From positions 1,674,001 through 1,738,000 of the forward strand of contig NC_135823.1 in the NCBI RefSeq assembly GCF_964213995.1: a DNA stretch of 64,000 nucleotides, written 5' to 3'. Every line of letters starts with the position of its first letter. The first letter of the stretch is position 1. A program made the translations under genes and the position numbers. Shown piece after piece: positions 25,201 to 37,200 of this stretch. Origin of the DNA: Mustelus asterias. Its lineage: Eukaryota. A model generated the notes under the pieces. It saw only the letters and a program-made list of their open reading frames with translations, had not been told where the DNA came from and did no database searches.

Positions 25201-28200
25201 GCACGTCTTGCGGAGGTTGCTGTGGCCGGGTTGCGTGGTGTCTGAGTTTGAAATTGAGTTTGTGTCTTTATATGCCCTGTTTGTGAACAGAATTCCCACT
25301 CACCTGAAGAAGGGGCTAAAGGCTCCGAAAGCTTGTGTGGCTTTTGCTACCAAATAAACCTGCTGGACTTTAACCCAGTGTTCTTAAACTTCTTACTGTG
25401 TTTACCCCAGTCCAACGCCGGCATCTCCACATCATTCCTCCCACAATCCAAAGATGAGCAGGTTTGTTGGATTGGCCATGCTAAATTGCTTCTTAGTTGT
25501 CCAGAATGCGCAGGTTACCTGGATTTGCCGTGCTAAATTGCCCCTTAGTGCCACAAGATGTGAAGGTTGGGGGACTAACGGTGTAAATACGTAGGGTTAC
25601 AGGGGTAGGGCCTGGGCAAAATGCTCTGTTGGAGAGCCGGTAAAGACTTGATGATCTAAATGTCCTCCTTCTGCACTGTAGGATTGGATGATCTGTGTAG
25701 ACTCACGGACAGTCAATTATTTATCGTGTGAAGGATGAGTTGGAATCCTTACCACCAACCTAAATTCAAGATTTGCTCTTAATACATTTAAAATAGCGGC
25801 ACCGGGGCAGGCATAGTCCATTCAGCTAATCGAGCCTACTTCCATACGATCATGGGGCGGCACGGTGGCACAGGGGTTAGCATTATTGCTTCATATCTGT
25901 TCAATTCCCGGCTAGGGTCATTGTCTGTGTGGAGTTTGCACATTCTCCCCATGTCTGCGTGGGTTTTCCCTGCGTGCTCTGATTTCCTCCCACAGTCCAA
26001 AGATGTGCAGGTTAGGTGAATTGGCCAAGCTAAATTGATTCTTAGTGTCGGAGGTCTAGCGAGAGTAAATGCATGACCTTATGGGGATAGGGCCTGGGTG
26101 GGATTGTTGTCGCTGCAGACTCGATTGTTCGAATGGCTTCCTTCTGCACTGTAGGATTCTATTGCTGATTAAAGATGTTATACAAAGTTACTGACATCAG
26201 GATGCTAAGTTTAAATTTATATTATGTGTGAGGATGTATTTGTAGATTGAACAAAAGGGAGTAAAGTGAGGTTAATTAATTCACCGCCCTTCAGGGCAAA
26301 ATGTCAATTTCAACTCTTGTCTACTGTCTGTTTCCAAGGACTCTGCGGTGTAGAACTGATCACACCTCCATTAGAACATAAGAACCAGGAACAGGAGTAG
26401 GCCATCTGGCCCCTCAAACCTGCTCCGCCATTCAATAAGATCATGGCTGATATTTCTGTTTACTTTCACCACTCTTTTTCGTTTTATATATTTGCAGAAA
26501 CTTTTGCTATCTGTTTTTATATTCTGAACTAGTTTGCTCTCACAATCCATCTTACCTTTCATTATAACGTTTTTTGTGGCTTTCTGCTGACCTTTAAAGA
26601 TTTCCCAATCCTCTATGTTCCCACTAATCTTTGCCACTTTGTATGCAATTGTTTTCAATTTCATACCCTCCTTTAATTCCTTAGATATCCATGGCGGATG
26701 ACCTCTTTTTCTACAGTCCTTCCTTATCACTGGTATATACTTTTGCTGAGCACTGTGAAAGATCGCTTTGAAGGTCCTCCACTGTTCCAGTTCAAATGAA
26801 TGCCTGGCTAAAGGACTGGTCCAGGAGGGAGGGCTTTATTTTCATAGACCAATGGGAGGTTTTCAGGAGAGGATGGCACCTGTACAAGAGGGAGGGGTCA
26901 CAACTAAGTTGGAAGGGCACAAATATCCTGGCTGGGAGCTTTGCTAATGCAGTTCGGGGGGGTTTAAACTAGTATGGCAGGGGGGTGGGGATCAAACTAT
27001 TAGGTCTATAAGTGTGGTGGCTGGGGACGAGCTTTGGGCTGGGACAAGGCTGGCAAAGAAGAAGAGCACTCTGGGGGAGGACGACCTCACTGAGCCTGGG
27101 TGTCTGGAGTGCTTATACTTCAATGCAAGGAGCGTAGCAGGTAAAACAGACGAACTCGGGGCCTTAATGCGCACGAGGAATTTGGATGTGGTTGCGGTGA
27201 CAGAGACTTGGTTGAAAGAGGGACAGGACTGGCAGCTGAATATTCCAGGGTACAAGTGTTTTAGGCGAGACAGAGGAGGGGCCAAAAGAGGTGGGGGAGT
27301 AGCGGTATTGGTTGGAGAGCATATTACAGCGGTGCAGAGGGAGGACAATTCGGAGGAGTCGTGTAGCGAGTCACTCTGGGTGGAGCTTAGAAACAGGAAA
27401 GGCGCAGTCACTATGTTGGGGGTGTACTACAGGCCCCCCAACAGCCCAAGGGAAGTGGAAGAATGGATATGTCAGGAGATACTGGATAGGTGCAGGAAAT
27501 ATAGGGTTGTTGTAGTGGGAGACTTCAATTTCCCTGGTATAGACTGGAAATCGCTGAGGGCAGGGACTCTGGATGGTGAGGCATTTGTAAAATGTGTACA
27601 GGAGGGTTCGTTGGAACAATATGTGGACAGCCCAACTAGAGAGGGGGCTATACTGGACCTGGTGCTGGGGAATGAGCCCGGTCAGGTCTTCAAAGTTTTG
27701 GTTGGGGAACATGTGGCAAATAGTGACCACAATTCTGTTAGCTTTAGGATAGTGATGGAAAAGGATGAGTGGTGTCCCAAGGGTAAGGTGTTGGATTGGG
27801 GGAAGGCTAACTTTATTGGGATCAGGCAGAAATTGGCAGCTCTTGATTGGGAGAGGCTGTTTGAGGGTAAATCCACATCTGGTATGTGGCAGTCTTTTAA
27901 GGAACGGTTGTTAGGGCTACAGGACAAGCATGTGCCTGTAAAAAAGAAGGATAGGAAGGGTAGGATTAGAGAACCGTGGATAACCAGGGAAATTGAGGGA
28001 CTGGTCAAAAGGAAAAGAGAGGCGTATGTTAGGTCCAAGCAGCTAAAAACGGAGGGAGCTCTGGAGGAGTATAATGAAAGTAGGAAAATACTCAAACGGG
28101 GAATTAGAAGAGCAAAAAGGGGTCACGAAATGTTCTTGGCAGACAGGATTAAGGAGAATCCCAAGGCATTTTATTCATACGTTAGGAACAAAAGGGTTGT

Positions 28201-31200
28201 TAGGGAAAAAATCGGACCTCTCAGGGACAAAAGTGGGGACTTATGCTTGGAGCCCAAAGAGGTAGGGGAGATCCTAAATGAATACTTTGCGTCGGTATTC
28301 ACTAAGGAGAGGGATGTGTTGACTGGGAGTGTCTCGGAGGGGAGTGTTGAACCGTTGGAGAAAATCTCCATTACAAAGGAGGAAGTGTTAGGTTTGTTAG
28401 AGAATATAAAGACTGACAAATCCCCAGGGCCTGATGGAATCTATCCAAGGCTGCTCAGGGAGACGAGAGGTGAAATCGTTGGGCCTCTGACGCAAATCTT
28501 TGTCTCGTCACTGGACACAGGTGAGGTCCCAGAGGATTGGAGGATAGCCAATGTGGTCCCGTTATTTAAGAAGGGTAGGAAGGATAACCCGGGTAATTAT
28601 AGGCCGGTGAGCTTGACGTCCGTGGTGGGGAAGTTGTTGGAGAAGATTCTTAAAGATAGGATGTATGCGCATTTAGAAAGGAATAAACTCATTAACGATA
28701 GTCAACATGGTTTTGTGAGAGGGAGGTCATGCCTCACGAACCTGGTGGTGTTTTTTGAAGAAGTGACCAAAATTGTTGACGAAGGAAGGGCCGTGGATGT
28801 TGTCTATATGGACTTTAGTAAAGCATTTGACAAAGTCCCTCATGGTAGGCTAGTGAAAAAGGTTGGATCCCATGGGATAAAGGGGGAGGTGGCTAGATGG
28901 GTGGAGAACTGGCTTGGTCATAGAAGACAGAGGGTGGTAGTGGAAGGGTCTTTTTCCGGCTGGAGGCCTGTGACTAGTGGTGTACCGCAGGGCTCTGTAT
29001 TGGGACCTCTGCTGTTTGTGATTTATATAAATGACCTGGAAGAAGGAGTAACTGGGGTGATCAGTAAGTTTGCGGACGACACAAAACTGGCAGGACTTGC
29101 AGATAGTGAGGAACATTGTCAGAGGCTACAGAAGGATATAGATAGGCTGGAAATTTGGGCAACGAAATGGCAGATGGAGTTCAATCCTGATAAATGCGAA
29201 GTGATGCATTTTGGTGGGAATAATGTAGGGAGGAGCTACACGATAAATGGAAGAACCATAAAGGGTGTAGAGACGCAGAGGGACCTGGGTGTGCAAGTCC
29301 ACAGATCTTTGAAGGTGACGTCACAGGTGGAGAAGGTGGTGAAGAAGGCATATGGCATGCTTGCCTTTATAGGACGGGGCATAGAGTATAAAAGTTGGGG
29401 TCTGATGTTGCAGATGTATAGAACGTTGGTTCGGCCGCATTTGGAATACTGCGTCCAGTTCTGGTCGCCACACTACCAGAAGGACGTGGAGGCTTTGGAG
29501 AGAGTACAAAGGAGGTTTACCAGGATGTTGTCTGGTATGGAGGGGCTTGGTTATGAGGAGAGATTGGGGAAACTGGGGTTGTTCTCCTTGGAAAGACGGA
29601 GGATGAGGGGAGACTTAATAGAGGTGTATAAAATTATGAAAGGCATAGATAGGGTGAACGGTGGGAAGCTTTTCCCCGGGTCGGTGGTGACGTTCACGAG
29701 GGGTCATAGGTTCAAGGTGAAGGGGGGGAGGTTTAACACAGATATCAGAAGGACATATTTTACACAGAGGGTCGTGGGGGCCTGGAATGTGTTGCCGGGC
29801 AAGGTGGTGGAGGCGGACACACTGGGAACGTTTAAGACTTATCTAGACAGCTATATGAACGGAGTGGGAATGGAGGGATACAAAAGAGTGGACTCGTTTG
29901 GACCAGGGAGCGGCGCGGGCTAATTGTTCCTGGTTTCTCGTTTCAAGGCTTCATTCTATGATCATCTTGCTGGTGCCAGTACAGAGTGAGACTGCGGATA
30001 GTTGGGAACCTGTCTCGGGGGCAGGGAATTCATATGGTGTTCGTGGAAGTGGAAATGACTAGGGTTGGGAAGCATTTTCCGATCGGGGCCATTGTGATCT
30101 CCTGGACTCGTTTCGATCGCCTCAGGGGGTCGGAGAGGAATTTCCCAGATTTTTTTTCCCCATATTGGCCCTGGGGTTTTTCACTCTGGGTTTTCGCCTC
30201 TCCCTGGAGATCACATGGTCTGGAATGGGGGGGTGCGGGTAAGTTAATAGGTTGTAATGAACAAAGCATCGTAGCTGTGAGGGACAGCTCGGTGGATAGG
30301 ATATTGGTATGTAGATAGGCTGGAAAATTGGGCGGGGATCCTGGATTCAGGATTCAATCCTGGACCGGGGAGCGGCGCGGGCTTGGAGGGCCGAAGGGCC
30401 TGTTCCTGTCCTGTATTGTTCTTTGTTCTTGTTCTTTGTTCCTCAATTGTCTCACCATAACGTTTTTGCTCCCATTCTACCTTAGCCAACTTCTCCCTCA
30501 TCCCTTTATAGTCTCCTTTGTTTAACAACAAGACACTGGAATTGGATTTTACCTTCTCACGCTCCATCTGTATTTTAAATTCAACTATACTGTGATCGCT
30601 TCTTCCAAGAGGATCCCCTAACTGCAAGATCATTAATTATTCGCGCCTCATTACACTGGACCAGATATAGGATAGTTTGCTCCCTTACTGTTCAAGGAAC
30701 CTGTCGCCGATACATTCTGTGAACTCCTCCTCAAGGCTGCCTTGACCGCCCTGGTTTGACCAATTGATTTGGAGATTATAATCCCCCATGATAATTGCTG
30801 TACCATTTTTACATGCATCAGTTATTTCTTTGTTTATTTCTCGCCCCACCATGATGTCATTATCTGGTGGCCTATAGACTACGCCTATCAGTGACATTTT
30901 CTCCTTACTATTTCTAATTTGCACCCAAATGGATTCAACCTTTTTTTTCCATAGAACCTATATCATCTCTCACTGCCGCCCTGATACCATCCTTAAATAT
31001 CAGAGCTACATCACCTCCCTTACCTTCCTGTCGGTCCCGCCAAACAATTTGATACCCCTGGATATTCAACTCCCAGTCGTGACCATCCTGCAACCATGTC
31101 TCTGTAATGGCCACCAAATCATACGTTCGCAATGATTTGTGCTGTCAACTCATTTATCTTGCTTCGAATGCTACGAGCATTCAGATAAAGTGCCCTTATG

Positions 31201-34200
31201 CCAGATTTTGTAGCTTCTTTTTGAATTCTAACACTTCCATTAATAAAATCTCCTGAGTTCTCCTTCCTTTTAACTATTTTTACTGAATTTTGATGTAGTT
31301 GGAACCGTCTCCCCACATTTTGTTCTTGCTCCCTTCTTCTCGGACTCCTTACATAGGTTCCCATCCCCCTGGCATATTAGTTTAAACCCTCCCCAACTGC
31401 TGTAGCAAAGACTCCCCCTCGGACATCAGTACCAGTCCTGCCCAGGTGTAACCCGTCCAATTTGTACAGGTCCCACCTCCCGATAACCGGTCCCAATGCT
31501 TCAGGAATCTGAAACCATTCCCCGACACCATCTCTTCAGCCACGTATTTATCCGATATACCCTCTCATTTCTACTCTGACCAGCACGGGACACCAGTAGT
31601 AATCCTGAGATCACTACCTTTGAGGTCCGATTTCTTACATTCCTTCCTAGCTCCCTGTATTCTGCTTTTAGGACCTCATCTCTTTTTTTTAATCCATGCT
31701 GCTTGTACCAACGTCTACTACGACCACTGGTTGTTCGCCCTCCCCCTTCAGAAGGTCCAGCAGCCGCTACGAGACATCCTTGGCCCGAGAATCAGGGAGG
31801 CAACATACCTTCCTGGAGTCTCGTTTGCGGCCACAGAAACGCCTGTCTATTTCCCTTACATTTAAATCCCCTATAACTATTGCACTGGCACACTTTTTAT
31901 CCCTCCCCTCTGCAGCAAAACCAACCATGGTGCAACACGTTTGGCTGCTGCTGCTTTCCCGAGAGAGGTCATTCCTCGATTTACTTCCTGGAAAGGGAGA
32001 TGGGAGCAACTAATAACCTTCAGGAGGGAAATCACGTCTGGACATGAAGGAGAAAACTTGAAAGGCCGAGGGGGGAAATGGTGGGCCGAATAGGATAGCT
32101 CCGTCGAAGAGACAGTCTCGGCATAATGGGCTGAACGAGATCTTTCTGGGTGCATATATCAAATATTTGTACATGTTTTCAGAAACACAAAGCGAAACGG
32201 AGAATAATGTACTAAACACGAAGCTATTCTGGGGCAGGTGCAATTCCAATGCAGACTGACATATTTTAACAATTGAATGCACACAAACGCTCAAATAAAT
32301 ATCTATACACACACACACACACACTCGAACAGACAGATATCGATACACACACACTCAGATACGTATGTTTGCACAAACATAGACACACGCGCATTCAGAT
32401 ATTTATCGATACAAGGTCACGGTACACATTGGTACACGATAGAGGTCGTGGTACAAATTGGTACCGCTGACATAGGTAGGAAGAGGGAAGGGGTCATGAA
32501 AAGAAAATATAGGGAGTTAGGTAGACAGTTGAGAAGGAGGAACGCAAAGGTAGTAATCTCAGCATTGCTGCCTGTGCCACGGGAAAGTGAGAGCAGGAAT
32601 GGAGTGAGATGGAGGATGAATGCGCGGCTGAGGGACTGGAGCAGGGGGCAGGGATTCCGGTTCCTGGATCATTGGGACCTCTTTAGAGGCAGATGTGACC
32701 TGTACAAAAAAGGCGGGTGACACTTGAATCCCAGGGGGACCAATATCCTGGCAGGAAGGTAGGCTAAGCCTACTGGCTAAGGCTATCTTTAAACTAGAAA
32801 GGTTGGGGGGAGGGAATCGTGGTGAGGTGACTGAGAGCGAGGAGGTGAGCCCGCAAATAGAGAAGGATTGTACACACTATAAGAGGGAGAATAGACGTGT
32901 GATGCAGAAGGGGCGAGCTCAGACCAAATGTTTGAGATGTGTCTATTTTAACGCCAGGAGTGTAGTGTATAAAGTGGATGAGCTTAGAGTGTGGATCGAT
33001 GCTTGGAAGTGTGATGTGGTGGCCATTACGGAGTGGGGACAGGGACAGGACTGTATACTTCAGATGCCGGGTTTCAGATGTTTGAGAAAGGACAGAAAGG
33101 GAGGCAAAAGAGTGGGGGTGGGGGGGGGGGAGTGGCACTGCTGATCAGGGATAGTGTCACAGCTATAGAGAAGGTGGAAGCCGTGGAGGGATTGTCTACG
33201 GAGTCTCTGTGGGTGGATGTGTGGAGCGGGGAGCGATCGATAACTTTGTTGGGTGTTTTCATGCACAGGCCACCCAATAGTAACAGGGATATTGTGGAGC
33301 AGATAGGGAAACAGATCCGGGAAAGATGAAGTAATAACAGGGTTGTCGTGATGGGAGACTTTGATTTCCCAAACATCGATTGGAATACCCCTCGGGTAAG
33401 AGGTTTGGATGGGGAGGAGTTTGTTAGGTGTGTTCAAGAGGGTTTCCTGACATAGCATGTGGATAAGCCTACAGGAGGAGAGGCTGTACTCGATCTGGTA
33501 CTGGCTAATGAGCCTGGACAGGTGTCGGATCTCTTACTGGGGGAGCATCTTGGGGATAGTGATCATAACTCTATCTCCTTGACGCTCGCATTGGAAAGAG
33601 ATAGGATCAGGCAAGCTAGGAAAGTGTTTATCTGGAGTAAGGGGAAATATGAAGCCATTAGGCAGGAGATTAGAGGCGTAAATTGGAAGGAGATATTCTC
33701 GATGAAAAGTAGCGAAGTAAGGTGGCAGATTTTCAAGGAATGTTTGTCCAGAATTCTGCATGACAACGTTCCGATGAGACAGGGAGGTTTTGGTACGTTA
33801 CGGGAACCGTGGGGCACGAAAGCTGCGCTGAACCTAGTCAAAAAGAAAAGGAAAGTGTACAAAAAGGTTCGGAGAGCTAGGCGGTGTTAGGGATCTAGGT
33901 GAGTATACGGCTTGTAGGAAGGGACTCAAGAAAGAAATTAGAAGAGCCAGAAGGACCACGAGAAGGCCTTGGCAGGTAAGATTAAAGAGAACCCTAAGGC
34001 GTTCTATAAATATGTGAAGAGTAAAAGGATGAGATATGAAGGAATAGAACCTATAAAATGTGAAGGTAAGAAAGTCTGTACAGAACCGGAAGAAATAGCA
34101 GAGGTGCTAAATGAATATTTTACCTCGGTATTCACGGTAGAAAAATACCTGGGTGGTTATAGTACAGGTTTGAGGTGGACTGAAAAGATTGAGCATGTGG

Positions 34201-37200
34201 ACATCAAGAAAGAGGATGTGTTGGAAATTTTGAATAGCATCAAGATAGATAAGTCGCCGGGACCGGATGTGATGTTCCCCAGGTTACTGTGGGAGGCGAG
34301 GGAAGAGATTGCAGAGCCTCTCGCGATGATTTTTGCGTCGTCGATGGAGACGGGACAGGTTCCGGAGGATTGGAAGATTGCGGATGTGGTTCCTATATTC
34401 AAGAAAGGGAATAGGGATAGCCCAGGAAATTTATGACCGGTGAGTCTAACCTCAGTAGTTGGTACGTTGATGGAGAGGATGCTGAGCGACAGGATTTATG
34501 AACATTTAGAGACATTTAGTATGTTCAAAAGTAGTCAGCACGGTTTTGTCAAAGGCAAATCGTGCCATACGAGCCTGGTGGTGTTCTTTGAAAATGTGAC
34601 TGAACACATTGACGAAGGAAAAGCGATAGATGTGGACTTCAGCAAGGCGTTTGATAAGGTCCCCCATCTAAGAGTTCTCGAGAAAGTGAGAGGGCATGGG
34701 ATCCAAGGGGCTGTTGCCTTGTGGATCCGGAACTGGCTTGCCTGCAGAAGGCAGAGAATGGTTGTAGATGGGTCTTTTTCTGAATGGAGGTACGGCACCA
34801 GTGGACTGCCCCAGGGTTCTGTTCTGGGACCCTTGCTGTTTGTCATTTTCATAAATGACCTGGATGAGGAAGTGGAGGGATGGGTTGGTAAGTTTGCCGA
34901 CGACACGAAGGTTGGCGGTGCTGTAGATAGTTTGGAGGGATGTCAGAAGCTGCAGCGTGACATAGATAGGATGTAAGACTGGGCGGAGAAGTGGCAGATG
35001 AACTTCAATCCGGATAAATGTGTAGTGGTCCATTTTGGCAGGTCAAATGGGATGGAGGAGTATAATATCAAGGGTAAGACTCTTAGCACTGTAGAGGATC
35101 AGAAGGACCTTGGGGTCCGGGTCCATAGGACTTTTAAATTGTCCTCGCAGGTAGAGAAGGTGTTTAAGGAGGCGTATGGTGTGCTGGCCTTCAATAATCG
35201 AGGGATTGAGTTTAGGAGTCGGGAGATAATGATGCACCTTTATAAAACCCTCGTCAGACCCCACTTAGAGTACTGTCCTCAGTTCTGGTCGCCTCATTAG
35301 AGGACGGATGTGGAAATGATTGAAAGGGTGCAGAGAAGATTTACAAGAATGTTGCCTGGATTGGTTGGCATGCCTTATGAGGATAGGTAGAGGGAGCTCG
35401 GTATTTTCTCTTTGAAGAGACAAAGGATGAAAGGTGACCTGATATAGGTGTACAAGATGTTGAGAGGTATAGATCGGGTGGATTCTCGGAGGCTTTTTCC
35501 CAGGGCGGAAATGGCTGCTACGAGAGGGCACAGGTTTAAGGTGCTGGGGAGTAGGTACAGAGGAGATGTCAGGGGTACGTTTTGCACTCAGAGGGTGGTG
35601 GGTGAGTGGCATCGGCTGCCGTTAGTGGTGGTGGAGGCAAACTTGATAGGGTCTTTTAAGAGACTTCTGGATGAGTACATGGAACTTAATAGGATTGAGG
35701 GTTATAGGTAAGCCTATATATAAGCCGAGGTAGGTAGGGACATGACCAGCGCAACTTGTGGGCCGAAGGGCCTGTTTGTGCTGTATTTTTGCTCCATGTT
35801 CTATGATACACGCACGCGTTCAGATATTTATCCATACACACACACTCAGATATTTATGCATACACGCACATGCACACAAGCTCAGATATTTATTTAAATA
35901 CGCACAGGGACACATACACGCTCAGATATGTTTCTATACACACACATACACAGGCTCAGATATTTATTTATACATGCACAGGGACACACACACGCTCAGA
36001 TATTTACCTACACTTACACATAGAAACACACGCTCAGATATTTATCGATAAATATATATATACACACACATGCTCAGAAATTTATCTCTACACCCACATA
36101 GACACACACACGCACAGATATTTACCGACACACACACAGAAACACAGACTCAGATATTTATCGATACACACACACATTCACACACATGGACAGCTATTTA
36201 TCTGAACACGCACATAGACACACACGTGCTCATATATTTACCTGTACATACATATAGAAACACACGCGCTCAGATATCTATCTATGCGCGCTCATAGACA
36301 TACAGACGCTCAGATATTTACCTGTACATACATATAGACACACATGCGCTCAGATATTTACCTGTATACACACATACACACATGCACACTCTCAGGTATT
36401 TACCTATACCTACATATAGACACACACACTCTCAGATATCAATCTATACACACATATGTAAACACATGCTCAGATATTTATCTATATACACACATGTAAA
36501 CGCACGCTCAGATATTTACCTATGCACATACATACACATAAACACGCTCAGAAATTTACCTCTGCATGCACTTCGAGATACACACGCTCAGATATTTATC
36601 TACATATGCACAGAAGGTCAGGTATATATTTATATACAAACACTCACACATACAACTATATAAACAAACGCTCAGATATTTATCTATATACGGAACTCAA
36701 ATATATAACTATATACACAAGTTCAGATATATATCTATACACATACATCTAAGTCAGAGATAACGTACCAACCGAATCATGAACAGCTTTTTCCCTGCTG
36801 CCATTGGCTTTTGAATGGACCAACCTTATATTAAGGTGATCTTTCTTTATACCCTGCAACACTGCATTCTGCGCCCTCTCCTTTCCTTTCCTCTATGTAC
36901 TCTCTGAATGGTATGCTTTGTCTTTATAGTGCGCAAGAAACAATGTATATTAATACATGTGACAATAATAAATCAAATTAAATCAAACGCTCAGAGATAG
37001 ACCTACACACACCACACACGCTCTCTCTCTCTCTCACACACACACACAGACACACACACGCACACACATTCACTCAATCGCACATATATTTATACACACA
37101 CATATATATCCTCAGAAGCCTAGAATTTACTTAATTAATCCAAATGTCTCTAAAGTTGAATAGAAACTTTCAATATACAGAGTAACATTTCACCTTTCCA

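Larger units (their letters stand above)
24508..25434 (-). mobile_element. Penelope-like element, 5'-truncated, GIY-YIG endonuclease, inverted pLTR, inserted in a V-SINE
   Basis: NVVYLIRC...WYIG.T...LRQRMNEH...EQKLI.KF.T...GLN; about 145-bp inverted repeat (24505-24650 / 25251-25397); TSD TTCCTCCCACAAT at 24495-24507 and 25435-25447. Confidence 0.93.
26371..31985 (-). mobile_element. Older, internally deleted CR1 (ORF1 + APE region + tail) split by a younger CR1
   Basis: Pieces 26371-26788 and 30437-31985 are colinear; AIVIGD...VCCLP (SGNH-type ORF1), YLNARS, TETW, GDYN, SDH. Confidence 0.88.

Noticed and set aside
30100-30130. Minus-strand CUGAGGCGAUCGAAACGAGUC as a hammerhead
   Set aside because: Core deviates from CUGANGA and there is no proper helix II; kept only as part of the larger structure finding.
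35758-36763. His/Thr/Tyr-rich ORFs; CRISPR-like repeat spacing
   Set aside because: Minisatellite translation; eukaryotic DNA, and the spacers are themselves repetitive.
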